A stretch of DNA of 64,000 nt, from sequence record NC_006883.2, one strand, 5' to 3'. Below, one piece after another: positions 19,484-29,027 of the stretch. The notes under the pieces were generated by a model, which saw only the letters and a program-made list of their open reading frames with translations, had not been told where the DNA came from and searched no databases. Every line of letters begins with the position of its first letter. Positions within the stretch are counted from its first letter, which is position 1. Position numbers and translations under genes: made by a program.

Positions 19484-19942
19484 ATGAACGCATTACAACG
19501 CTACCACGCTGAAAATCTTCCAGAACTAATGGATAAGATTTCAAAGCATGGAATTGGGATGGATGACTATCTGGATCGTTTTTTTAATTCAGATTTCCCA
19601 CAATCAAATTATCCACCATATAATTTAATTCAATTGAATAATCATGAGTCAACACTGGAGATCGCACTTGCAGGGTTTAAGAAAGATCAGTTACAAGTCT
19701 TCACGGAGTTTGGAAAACTATTTGTTGAAGGCAGAAAAGAAGAATCGGAAGTTGATGGAACGTTTATCCACAAAGGATTGGCCCAACGTAGTTTTAAACG
19801 AGTCTGGACGGTCTCCGACGATACAAAGGTTGGATCCGTCAAGTTTGAAGATGGACTCCTCACAGTGGAACTAAAGAAGATTGTACCAGAGCATCACGCT
19901 CGTAAAACTTACTTGGGAGGTAATGATCATGAAACTAACTAG
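19484..19942 (+). CDS. hsp20: small heat shock protein Hsp20 (IbpA-like)
   Basis: YPPYNLI, EIALAGF, HKGLAQRSFKR, DGLLTV. Confidence 0.95.
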   Translation: MNALQRYHAENLPELMDKISKHGIGMDDYLDRFFNSDFPQSNYPPYNLIQLNNHESTLEIALAGFKKDQLQVFTEFGKLFVEGRKEESEVDGTFIHKGLAQRSFKRVWTVSDDTKVGSVKFEDGLLTVELKKIVPEHHARKTYLGGNDHETN

Positions 19943-20027
19943 TCCTTTCAGCATTATAAAGAATGCTATTAGTGATCTCAAACGAGTTCCTAAAGAGAAG
20001 AAGCAAAAAGAAAAATCTGTGGTATAA
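19929..20027 (+). CDS. small basic hypothetical peptide (32 aa)
   Basis: GGAGG SD, MKLTSPFSIIKNAISDLKR. Confidence 0.45.
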   Translation: MKLTSPFSIIKNAISDLKRVPKEKKQKEKSVV

Positions 20028-20047
20028 TAAAAGAGTCAGAGAAATAC

Positions 20048-20102
20048 TGGCTGCGGTTATCTCCTTTGGTAGGTTCAGGATAAGCGGCTATAGGAATCTA
20101 CC
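20048..20102 (+). ncRNA. putative H-type pseudoknot RNA element
   Basis: S1 TGGCTGC..TTATC/GATAAGCGGCTA; S2 GGTAGGTTC/GAATCTACC. Confidence 0.45.
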
Positions 20103-20116
20103 ACAATATTATTTCA

Positions 20117-20791
20117 TTGTATATGCCAGCATTGATTTGTAACTTACCTTCTTATGAGGTATGGGTTAGAAAAGAATATCTCACTGATCATCAAAGTGGT
20201 CATGGAGAATATGTAAAGGGCGTTTGGGTATCGGCAAAATCGATACCTGGACGTGCTTTTTATTTTGAAACTTATCTACCAGAATACGCAGCAGTTTACG
20301 ATAAACTACCTATCAGTGCTTTTCTCTCATCACCAGAGAAACCAGAACCAGATATGGAATTACATAATCTACAGTTTTGGAACTGTATGGATTATGGATT
20401 AGTTGTTGTTCAAAAGCAATTCATTGGTTCAATGCATTATGAAATAATGACTCGTGATTATGGTAAACAAACTGGCACATATATTTGTACGCTAGATAAT
20501 TATCATCAAGACCCTGATCTAATAGATTATTCTACGAGTGAGAATCCTGGTGAACATAAATCTCATAACTTAATTGAATTGGATAATGGGCAGTTTGCTT
20601 TGTATCCTAATAATAGAATGAGAATCTATGACAATAGTTTGACTCCTGAGACACCAAAAACTCCTGACTTTAAAGTATCAACAGTTTATTATCAAGTTGA
20701 GAATGGTCACGATAGAGATGGATTAGGATCAGAAGAAAATTATTTTTGGAAAACAGCAAAGGAGAGAGATGGCGAATCGGAATTGGGATGA
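20117..20791 (+). CDS. conserved cyanophage hypothetical protein
   Basis: 224 aa; CNLP, LQFWNC, EHKSHN, YPNNR motifs. Confidence 0.7.
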   Translation: MYMPALICNLPSYEVWVRKEYLTDHQSGHGEYVKGVWVSAKSIPGRAFYFETYLPEYAAVYDKLPISAFLSSPEKPEPDMELHNLQFWNCMDYGLVVVQKQFIGSMHYEIMTRDYGKQTGTYICTLDNYHQDPDLIDYSTSENPGEHKSHNLIELDNGQFALYPNNRMRIYDNSLTPETPKTPDFKVSTVYYQVENGHDRDGLGSEENYFWKTAKERDGESELG

Positions 20792-21764
20792 TCCCCTTGA
20801 TTTTAAAGAAGAGGGTATTGTATTAGATTATAAAACTGCTGGTGTTGATATAGATGCTGGTAATAAGTTTGTAGAAGATCTTAAAACTAAAGTTCCTAAT
20901 CTTGGTGGGTTTGGTGGAATGATAAAGGTTCCTTCGGGATATGAGGAACCTATTTTAGTATCTGGAACTGATGGTGTAGGAACTAAAATTGATATTGCAC
21001 AAGCCGCTAATGACTATACAACTATTGGTATAGATCTTGTTGCCATGTGTGTGAATGATATAATAACCTGTGGTGCGAAACCATTATACTTCTTAGATTA
21101 TATTTCTACTCAGAAGTTAGATGATAAGATACCTGATATTATGACAGGTATTATTAAGGGTTGTGAGATAGCAGGTATGGATCTCTTAGGTGGAGAAACT
21201 GCTGAACATCCTCAGTATCAGATGAAGATTGACCTTGCTGGTTTCTGTACGGGTATAGTAGAAAAGAAAAAGATTATTGATGGATCTGTTATTAAACCAA
21301 GTGATAGAATTATTGGATTAGCAAGTAGTGGTGTTCATAGTAATGGATACAGTATTATTAATTATTTGGCACGTAGACTTAAGTTAGGGTATTATAGTCA
21401 CCCTGAGTTACTTACACCAACAACCATCTATGCTCCTGTTGTAGAACGTCTCTTAAATGAGGTTGAAGAGGTTTATGGTATGTCACATATTACTGGAGGA
21501 GGAATCCCTGAGAACCTTCCTAGATGCCTTCCAAAGGGACTTAAAGCACACGTTGATTGGAATGCTTGGAGTGTCCCAGAGATCTTCTTAGAGATCCAAA
21601 GACAGGGTAATATGGATGAGTTGGAGATGAGAAGAGTATTTAATCTAGGTATCGGATATTGTGTAATTGTTCCTGCTAATCGTGCTGAGTTGACTATGGA
21701 TATTATTAGAGGTGAAGGTATAGAGTGTTGGGAGATTGGTGAAGTTTATGAGGATAAGTGTTGA
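20769..21764 (+). CDS. purM: phosphoribosylaminoimidazole synthetase
   Basis: YKTAGVDI, TDGVGTK, GGETAE, HSNGYS, HITGGG. Confidence 0.95.
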   Translation: MANRNWDDPLDFKEEGIVLDYKTAGVDIDAGNKFVEDLKTKVPNLGGFGGMIKVPSGYEEPILVSGTDGVGTKIDIAQAANDYTTIGIDLVAMCVNDIITCGAKPLYFLDYISTQKLDDKIPDIMTGIIKGCEIAGMDLLGGETAEHPQYQMKIDLAGFCTGIVEKKKIIDGSVIKPSDRIIGLASSGVHSNGYSIINYLARRLKLGYYSHPELLTPTTIYAPVVERLLNEVEEVYGMSHITGGGIPENLPRCLPKGLKAHVDWNAWSVPEIFLEIQRQGNMDELEMRRVFNLGIGYCVIVPANRAELTMDIIRGEGIECWEIGEVYEDKC

Positions 21765-23479
21765 TGGCAGATGTATGTATTCATACTGGACCGCATGATT
21801 CTTCAGTTTCCATTATAAAAGATGGAAAACTTTATCATTTTATTGAAGAGAGATTTTCTCATATAAAACATGCATCAACAGCAATGTACGCTGTTGATCA
21901 TATTAAAGAGCATTGTGATGAGATTGAAAACTTATCATTTTCTAATTTATTTTTTCAAAATACTGATTTTGGGTGCTATCAGGCATTTATAAGTGAGATA
22001 TTAAAAATAAAAACGCCTCTACTGGAGGGGTTGGTGCATATAGATCATCATTATCTACATGCAAATACCTCATATCGTCATTCTGGGTTTGATGATGCTA
22101 TTGTTTTGGTTATAGATGGTGCAGGTTCTCAATATACTTTTGGTAAAGAAAATCTCTCAGTATATAAAGCATCAAATAATAATCTTGAACCAGTTTATAA
22201 AACCGTTATTGGTAATGGAGAATCTATTACTGAGGATGCTCCAGATTTTGTTGATAAAAAAACAAATATAGGAGCAGGATATGTATATACTGCAGTTACA
22301 GAATGGTTAGGTTTTGATACTCTTGATGCAGGTAAAACTATGGGTCTTTCTGCATATGGGAATAATGATGGAAGAATATCTGAATTAATTTCAATTGAGT
22401 ATTGTGGTACTAAAAGTTGTAAATTAAAGGATAATATGTATAATAATGATGGTGGAATAGAGTATGTTAAAACTTCAAGTATAGGACATTGTGGTGCAAT
22501 TATCAATAATCTACCAGAAGATAATTTAGATACTATAAAAGGATATAGAGATGAAAATCTTATCCATTCTGTTAAGAAAACTGCTAATGAATTTAAACAA
22601 AATATTGCATATAGAGTTCAAAAGGATTATGAGAAATATTTAATTCATACTTGTAAGAAAGTATTGAGTATGTCTAAATCTAAAAATCTAATATTAACTG
22701 GTGGATGTGCTTTAAATTGTGTTGCCAACTATAAGTTATTAAAATCTTTACCTGTAGATGTTAATCTATATGTAGATCCAACTTGCGATGATTCTTCGGT
22801 TAGTATTGGTGGTGCATATACCACTTATAATAATCAAGAAAGGACACTTAATTTTAAATTAACTGATTTATATAAAGGAAGATCCTTACAGTATGAATAT
22901 GAGTTGCTAGATGGTGAAGATGAATATGAAGTAACTGCAAAAGATATTACTAAGATAATATCTAAAGGTAATATAGTTGCTATTGCTCAAGGAAGGAGTG
23001 AGATTGGTCCTAGAGCACTTGGAAATAGATCTATTCTATTTGATCCTAGAGTGAAGAATGGTAAGGATATAGTGAATAGAGTAAAGAAGAGAGAGTGGTT
23101 TAGACCTTTTGCTGGAACAGTTCTTTTAGAACACTCTAGAGAATGGTTTGATATGAATAGATTAGAAGAAAGTCCATTTATGATGTATGCTGTTGATGTA
23201 TTACCTGAGAAAAGGGATCTAATACAATCAATAGTTCATGTGGATGGGACTTGTAGAATACAAACAGTTACTAGAGAACAGAATAAACATTACTATGATT
23301 TGATTTCTGAGTTCTATAAATTAACTGGAGTTCCTATTCTTTTCAATACTTCATTTAATCTTGCTGGTGATACTATGGTAGATACTATTGAAGATGGTCT
23401 TTGGACCTTAAGGAATAGTGAAATAGAATATATGTATCTACCAGAAACTAGTTCATTAATACACGTTCCCAATAAATAA
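21764..23479 (+). CDS. carbamoyltransferase (NodU/CmcH family)
   Basis: HDSS, EER, HHYLHA, GKTMGLSAYG, GPRALGNRS, FRPFA, NTSFN. Confidence 0.9.
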   Translation: MADVCIHTGPHDSSVSIIKDGKLYHFIEERFSHIKHASTAMYAVDHIKEHCDEIENLSFSNLFFQNTDFGCYQAFISEILKIKTPLLEGLVHIDHHYLHANTSYRHSGFDDAIVLVIDGAGSQYTFGKENLSVYKASNNNLEPVYKTVIGNGESITEDAPDFVDKKTNIGAGYVYTAVTEWLGFDTLDAGKTMGLSAYGNNDGRISELISIEYCGTKSCKLKDNMYNNDGGIEYVKTSSIGHCGAIINNLPEDNLDTIKGYRDENLIHSVKKTANEFKQNIAYRVQKDYEKYLIHTCKKVLSMSKSKNLILTGGCALNCVANYKLLKSLPVDVNLYVDPTCDDSSVSIGGAYTTYNNQERTLNFKLTDLYKGRSLQYEYELLDGEDEYEVTAKDITKIISKGNIVAIAQGRSEIGPRALGNRSILFDPRVKNGKDIVNRVKKREWFRPFAGTVLLEHSREWFDMNRLEESPFMMYAVDVLPEKRDLIQSIVHVDGTCRIQTVTREQNKHYYDLISEFYKLTGVPILFNTSFNLAGDTMVDTIEDGLWTLRNSEIEYMYLPETSSLIHVPNK

Positions 23480-23490
23480 CAATTTTAACT

Positions 23491-23724
23491 ATGCCTGAAC
23501 AACAAACTATTAAATTTACTATAAGCCAAGATGGCATCGTTTCTGAAGAAGTTATGGGTGTTATTGGTAATGAATGTGAAAATATAACTAAATCCATAGA
23601 AGAAAAACTTGGTAATGTTACTTACACGGAAACGAAACCAGAGTATTATCTTGCTCAACCCATAGAAAATTTTTGGAAAAATACAACAGATGTCACACTT
23701 CAGCACGATCAAGACCAAGATTAA
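23491..23724 (+). CDS. DUF2997-like protein
   Basis: FTISQDGIVSEEVMGVIG..CE.IT..IEE.LG. Confidence 0.7.
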   Translation: MPEQQTIKFTISQDGIVSEEVMGVIGNECENITKSIEEKLGNVTYTETKPEYYLAQPIENFWKNTTDVTLQHDQDQD

Positions 23725-24070
23725 AGAGAAACCTTATTTGATTAAGGCACTTCAACTTCTTCAGTATGATGTTCAAGAGGATCAAGAATTAGTTAATCCT
23801 ATTGATCATCAACATGAAAAGGTAAAGGTGGATGTTTCTATAGGAAATGATATTGGATTTCGTTTAAACAAAGATGGTGTATATGAATTAGTAGCAGATA
23901 TACAAACTTGGAAAGATCCAGTTCCACCTAGAAGGTTTGTTGAAAAGGTTACTCAACAATATGCAAAGGCTACGATATTGGATACGATTCAGCAAGAGGG
24001 ATTTACAATTGCGGAAGAATCGACTACAATAGATAACGAGATTACAATTACTGCAACTAGATGGCAATAA
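23690..24070 (+). CDS. DUF1257/Ycf35-like protein
   Basis: MSHFSTIKT, DIGF, YELVAD, QQYA. Confidence 0.8.
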   Translation: MSHFSTIKTKIKEKPYLIKALQLLQYDVQEDQELVNPIDHQHEKVKVDVSIGNDIGFRLNKDGVYELVADIQTWKDPVPPRRFVEKVTQQYAKATILDTIQQEGFTIAEESTTIDNEITITATRWQ

Positions 24071-24402
24071 AACTAACCCTCCTAAAATCAGGAGAACTTC
24101 TCATATCAGATGCAAAGGAATTGGTTCAAGAAGATGGGCAATTAGAACCTTATGCATATCTTTTAAATCATCCTCATGCAGTTATAATATCCCATAGGCA
24201 AGAAGATACTGAACAAGTAGACGTTGTTTTTAGACCTTGGATTGTTATTTCTAAGGATAATAATATTGTAGTTCCTACTGATTGGGTTGTAACTATTGTT
24301 GAACCACTTGACAGTATTAGAGAAATGTATGTTGAAAAACAAAAAACATTTCCAAAAGAAAAAACTTTAGATTTTACGGAGACTAAAAAAGATGGCGATT
24401 AA
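24061..24402 (+). CDS. hypothetical protein (Sm-like fold candidate)
   Basis: LKSGE, FRPW, VVT. Confidence 0.65.
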   Translation: MAIKLTLLKSGELLISDAKELVQEDGQLEPYAYLLNHPHAVIISHRQEDTEQVDVVFRPWIVISKDNNIVVPTDWVVTIVEPLDSIREMYVEKQKTFPKEKTLDFTETKKDGD

Positions 24403-24640
24403 ATGCGTTCTGGTTAACATTGATAATGTTCTCATCAGTGAATTGGAAGAAGTTATGTCAGAACCAGGTGAACCTGATTGTCGTTTAATTAATCCATATC
24501 TATTCAATTCTATAGATGATATGACACCTTGGTTAGAAGCTTCCAATCAAAAGGAATATATGCTAAGATCAGAGAACATTCTTACTATTGCCGATCCTAC
24601 TGAAGAGGTAATAGAAAAATATAAAGAACTCACTACATAA
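24392..24640 (+). CDS. hypothetical protein
   Basis: 82 aa directly upstream of DNA polymerase; LINPY, TPW. Confidence 0.65.
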   Translation: MAIKCVLVNIDNVLISELEEVMSEPGEPDCRLINPYLFNSIDDMTPWLEASNQKEYMLRSENILTIADPTEEVIEKYKELTT

Positions 24641-27135
24641 TGCGATTTTATACAAACGTTCAGATGGTTGGGGACAACTTCTTGGTTCGTGGTTATGAAG
24701 ATGGAAAACACTTTGCAACCCGTGAGAAGTTTTACCCAACCCTTTTTGTTGATTCAAAAAAGAAATCAAGATATAAAACTCTAACAGGTGATCCTGTAGA
24801 AGCGATTGAGCCAGGTACGGTTAGAGAAACAAGAGAGTTTATAAAGAGATATGATGGTGTAGAGAATTTTAATGTATATGGAAATGAGAGATTTATATAT
24901 CAGTATATTTCTGAGAAGTATCCTGAAGAAGAATTAAAGTTTGATATTGATAAAATTAAATTAGTTACTCTTGATATTGAGGTTAAATCTGAACAGGGTT
25001 TCCCTGATGTAGAATCTTGTGCTGAAGAGATACTTCTTATATCAATACAAGATTATAATACAAAGCAGATTATAACTTGGGGTCAAGGACCTTTCAAAAA
25101 TACAAAGAAAAATGTTTTATACAAATCATTTAGAACTGAGTATGAACTTCTAAATGATTTTATTAACTGGTGGATGATTGAATCCAATACACCAGAAGTT
25201 ATTACTGGATGGAATAGTAAGTTATATGATATTCCATATATGTGTCGTAGGATAGATCGTATTCTTGGAGAGAAGTTAAAGAAACGTATGTCTCCTTGGG
25301 GTCTTGTAACTGAGGATACAACTGTTATTATGGGTAGAGAGCATATAACCTATGATATTGGTGGTGTATCTCAGTTAGATTATCTTGATCTTTATAAGAA
25401 GTTTACTTATAAGGCACAGGAATCATATCGTTTGGATTATATTGCTAGTGTAGAACTTGGGCAAAAGAAACTCGACCACTCTGAGTTTGATACATTTAAG
25501 GACTTCTATACTAATGGGTGGCAAAAGTTTGTAGAATACAATATAATTGACGTAGAACTTGTTGACCGTTTGGAAAGCAAGATGAAGTTGATTGAACTTG
25601 CTCTTACTATGGCATATGAAGCCAAGGTGAACTATGAGGATGTGTTCTATCAAGTACGGATGTGGGATACAATAATCTATAACTATTTAAAGAGAAGGAA
25701 TATTGTTATTCCTCCTAAGAATAGATCCGACAAAAACGACAAATACGCAGGTGCTTATGTCAAGGAACCGATTCCAGGAAAGTATGATTGGGTGGTCAGT
25801 TTTGATCTCAATAGTCTGTATCCTCACCTTATTATGCAATATAACATTTCCCCAGAGACCATCAGGGAAACTAGACATCCCAGTGCGAGCGTTGAAAGGA
25901 TCTTAAACAAGGATTGTGAATTTGATGGAGATTATGCAGTTTGTGCGAATGGAGCACAATATCGGAAGGATGTTCGTGGTTTCCTTCCTGAACTTATGGA
26001 CAAGATGTATGGGGATCGTGTCATCTTCAAGAAGAAGATGCTTCAGGCAAAGCAGCAATATGAGAAGACTCCCACGGAAGCATTGGAGAAGGAGATTGCT
26101 AGGTGTAACAATATTCAGATGGCGAAGAAAATATCTCTTAACTCTGCTTATGGTGCTATCGGCAACCAGTACTTTAGGTATTACAAACTTGCTAATGCAG
26201 AAGCCATTACTTTGTCTGGCCAAGTATCCATACGTTGGATAGAAAATAAGATGAATGCCAAGATGAATAATATTTTGAAAACTAAGGAGGTTGATTATGT
26301 TATTGCTTCAGATACTGATTCCATCTATCTTAATTTGGGTCCTTTGGTTGAGGCTGTATACAAGAGCAGAGAGAAAACTAATGAGAGCGTTGTTGGGTTC
26401 CTTAATAAGGTGTGTCAAAATGAATTTGAACCTTTTATTGAGAGTTCTTACCAAGAACTGGCCGATTACGTAGGTGCTTATGATCAGAAAATGGTTATGA
26501 AACGTGAGAACATCGCTGATCGTGGTATTTGGACTGCCAAGAAAAGATATATCTTAAATGTGTGGGATAGTGAGGGTGTTCGATATGATGAACCCAAACT
26601 AAAGATGATGGGTATTGAGGCAGTTAAATCTTCTACACCAGCACCTTGTAGGGCAATGATTAAGGATGCTCTAAAGTTAATGATGAATGGAACAGAAGAA
26701 GAAGTTCAGACTTTTATTGAGGAGTGTAGAACTAAATTTAGAAAACTCCCACCAGAAGATATTGCCTTTCCAAGAACCGCATCTAATGTGCAAAAATATA
26801 AGGCACATGCTACAATATATGCAAAAGGAACTCCTATACATATACGTGGTGCATTACTTTTTAATCACTATGTAAATCAAAAGAAATTGGATAATAAATA
26901 TTCTCCCATCGGTAATGGTGAGAAAGTGAAGTTTCTGTATTTAAAGAAACCAAATATTATTCAAGAGAATGTAATATCTTTCATTCAAGACTTTCCACAC
27001 GAACTCGGTCTTGATATGTACATTGATTATGATTTACAATTTGATAAGAGTTTCGTGGAACCACTTAGAGCCATTTTAAATGCTATAGAATGGAGTGTGG
27101 AAAAAACTGTAAACTTGGATTCATTTTTCTCTTAA
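24640..27135 (+). CDS. gp43: family B DNA polymerase gp43
   Basis: DIE exonuclease, SFDLNSLYP, KISLNSAYG, ASDTDS. Confidence 0.97.
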   Translation: MRFYTNVQMVGDNFLVRGYEDGKHFATREKFYPTLFVDSKKKSRYKTLTGDPVEAIEPGTVRETREFIKRYDGVENFNVYGNERFIYQYISEKYPEEELKFDIDKIKLVTLDIEVKSEQGFPDVESCAEEILLISIQDYNTKQIITWGQGPFKNTKKNVLYKSFRTEYELLNDFINWWMIESNTPEVITGWNSKLYDIPYMCRRIDRILGEKLKKRMSPWGLVTEDTTVIMGREHITYDIGGVSQLDYLDLYKKFTYKAQESYRLDYIASVELGQKKLDHSEFDTFKDFYTNGWQKFVEYNIIDVELVDRLESKMKLIELALTMAYEAKVNYEDVFYQVRMWDTIIYNYLKRRNIVIPPKNRSDKNDKYAGAYVKEPIPGKYDWVVSFDLNSLYPHLIMQYNISPETIRETRHPSASVERILNKDCEFDGDYAVCANGAQYRKDVRGFLPELMDKMYGDRVIFKKKMLQAKQQYEKTPTEALEKEIARCNNIQMAKKISLNSAYGAIGNQYFRYYKLANAEAITLSGQVSIRWIENKMNAKMNNILKTKEVDYVIASDTDSIYLNLGPLVEAVYKSREKTNESVVGFLNKVCQNEFEPFIESSYQELADYVGAYDQKMVMKRENIADRGIWTAKKRYILNVWDSEGVRYDEPKLKMMGIEAVKSSTPAPCRAMIKDALKLMMNGTEEEVQTFIEECRTKFRKLPPEDIAFPRTASNVQKYKAHATIYAKGTPIHIRGALLFNHYVNQKKLDNKYSPIGNGEKVKFLYLKKPNIIQENVISFIQDFPHELGLDMYIDYDLQFDKSFVEPLRAILNAIEWSVEKTVNLDSFFS

Positions 27136-27284
27136 TGGAATTACCTATCAATCATAAAGATTTGGATACTATTATTAATGCACTATCTCTTGGTGGTGAT
27201 ACTCGACTTTATTTCGTATTAAAAAATGTTAGAGATGATAATAGATTAAATGATGTCTGGGATGAAGTGGAGTGTGATATCTAA
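27135..27284 (+). CDS. small hypothetical protein
   Basis: MELPINHKDL..., start adjacent to gp43 stop. Confidence 0.55.
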   Translation: MELPINHKDLDTIINALSLGGDTRLYFVLKNVRDDNRLNDVWDEVECDI

Positions 27285-27985
27285 TGAATGATAGTTGGTA
27301 TATGATTCTTCCTCCAAATATTCCTCTTTTAAAGTGTGAATTGGGGAAAGATGCTGTAGAGTATCTTTGGAAACAGATAGAGAAAGCAAAGATAGAAAAC
27401 AAAAATGCTAATAAGTATCTTGCAGGAAATATAAAGGAAAGTCTTTATTTGGAAGATGAAGATGATTACTTTTTTAATACACATCTAAGGGATAATTTTG
27501 AAAGGTATGCTGGTGAGTATCTTCATGGAGTTTGTTTTAGAAATGCGTTTAGTAATGTAAAAACAAATAAATTGATATTGCAAGAGTTCTGGGTTAATTT
27601 TTCAAAGAAAACTGAATTTAACCCATTACATAATCATGGTGGTTGTTTATCTTTTGTTATTTGGATGAAGATACCAACTAAATCTGAAGAGCAACACAAT
27701 CTTCCGATTTCTAAAAATACATCTCTACCTGCTTCTTCAGATTTTATGTTTACCTATACTGATATTCTTGGATCTATACAACCAATGACTTGGGAAATGG
27801 ATCCTGAAATAGAAGGTACTATGATTGTATTTCCAGCAACTTTAAGTCATCAAGTATATCCTTTTTATGGAAGTGATGATGAAAGAGTATCAATATCGGG
27901 TAATGTTTATTTTGATACTGATATATTGCGTAATGAATCTGGCGAAGTAAAATTTGAAAGTAAATCAACATTGGATAAAACATAA
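27284..27985 (+). CDS. 2OG-Fe(II) oxygenase-like protein
   Basis: EFNPLHNH, FPATLSHQVYPF, RVSISGN. Confidence 0.8.
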   Translation: MNDSWYMILPPNIPLLKCELGKDAVEYLWKQIEKAKIENKNANKYLAGNIKESLYLEDEDDYFFNTHLRDNFERYAGEYLHGVCFRNAFSNVKTNKLILQEFWVNFSKKTEFNPLHNHGGCLSFVIWMKIPTKSEEQHNLPISKNTSLPASSDFMFTYTDILGSIQPMTWEMDPEIEGTMIVFPATLSHQVYPFYGSDDERVSISGNVYFDTDILRNESGEVKFESKSTLDKT

Positions 27986-27999
27986 ATTTGTGTTATAAT
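27971..27999 (+). promoter_or_regulatory. sigma70-type promoter for uvsX
   Basis: TTGGAT-N17-TATAAT with TG extension. Confidence 0.55.
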
Positions 28000-28019
28000 A
28001 TTATTATTGAGGCTATAGA

Positions 28020-29027
28020 ATGGACTTTTTAAAAGAGATTGTAAAAGAGATTGGAGACGAATACACCCAAGTCGCAGCAGACATCCAAGAAAACGAACGA
28101 TTCATCGACACAGGTTCGTACATCTTTAATGGATTGGTGTCGGGTTCCATTTTTGGTGGCGTATCTAGCAGCCGCATTACTGCCATCGCTGGTGAAAGCA
28201 GTACTGGGAAAACTTACTTCTCCCTCGCAGTTGTCAAGAACTTTTTGGATAACAATCCTGACGGTTACTGTTTGTATTTCGATACTGAGGCTGCTGTTAA
28301 TAAAGGATTACTTGAGTCTCGTGGTATAGATATGAACCGCCTAGTGGTGGTTAATGTAGTTACTATTGAAGAGTTTAGAAGTAAGGCACTTCGTGCTGTA
28401 GATATATACTTGAAAACATCCGAAGAAGAACGCAAACCTTGTATGTTTGTTTTAGATTCTTTGGGTATGCTTTCCACAGAAAAAGAGATTAGAGACGCTC
28501 TAGATGATAAGCAAGTAAGAGATATGACTAAATCTCAACTTGTAAAAGGTGCTTTCAGAATGTTAACTCTGAAGTTGGGTCAAGCAAATATTCCACTAAT
28601 AGTAACAAATCACACCTACGATGTCATCGGATCTTATGTCCCTACTAAAGAAATGGGAGGAGGCTCTGGTCTCAAATATGCCGCAAGTACGATCATTTAT
28701 CTCAGCAAAAAAAAGGAAAAGGATCAGAAAGAGGTTATTGGAAACCTTATCAAAGCTAAGACGCATAAATCAAGACTCTCCAAAGAAAACAAGGAAGTCC
28801 AAATTCGCCTCTATTATGACGAAAGAGGATTAGATCGTTATTATGGTCTTCTAGAATTGGGAGAGATTGGTGGCATGTGGAAGAATGTTGCTGGTCGTTA
28901 TGAAATGAATGGTAAGAAGATCTATGCTAAAGAGATTCTAAAGAATCCTACAGAATACTTCACAGATGATATAATGGAACAGTTGGACAACATTGCGAAG
29001 GAACACTTCTCTTATGGAACGAATTGA
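28020..29027 (+). CDS. uvsX: RecA-like recombinase UvsX
   Basis: GESSTGKT, FDTE, LDSLG, GGSGLKY. Confidence 0.95.
   Translation: MDFLKEIVKEIGDEYTQVAADIQENERFIDTGSYIFNGLVSGSIFGGVSSSRITAIAGESSTGKTYFSLAVVKNFLDNNPDGYCLYFDTEAAVNKGLLESRGIDMNRLVVVNVVTIEEFRSKALRAVDIYLKTSEEERKPCMFVLDSLGMLSTEKEIRDALDDKQVRDMTKSQLVKGAFRMLTLKLGQANIPLIVTNHTYDVIGSYVPTKEMGGGSGLKYAASTIIYLSKKKEKDQKEVIGNLIKAKTHKSRLSKENKEVQIRLYYDERGLDRYYGLLELGEIGGMWKNVAGRYEMNGKKIYAKEILKNPTEYFTDDIMEQLDNIAKEHFSYGTN

Noticed and set aside
20030-20110. Possible tRNA
   Set aside because: No T-loop (TTCRA) arm or acceptor stem; it fits a pseudoknot instead
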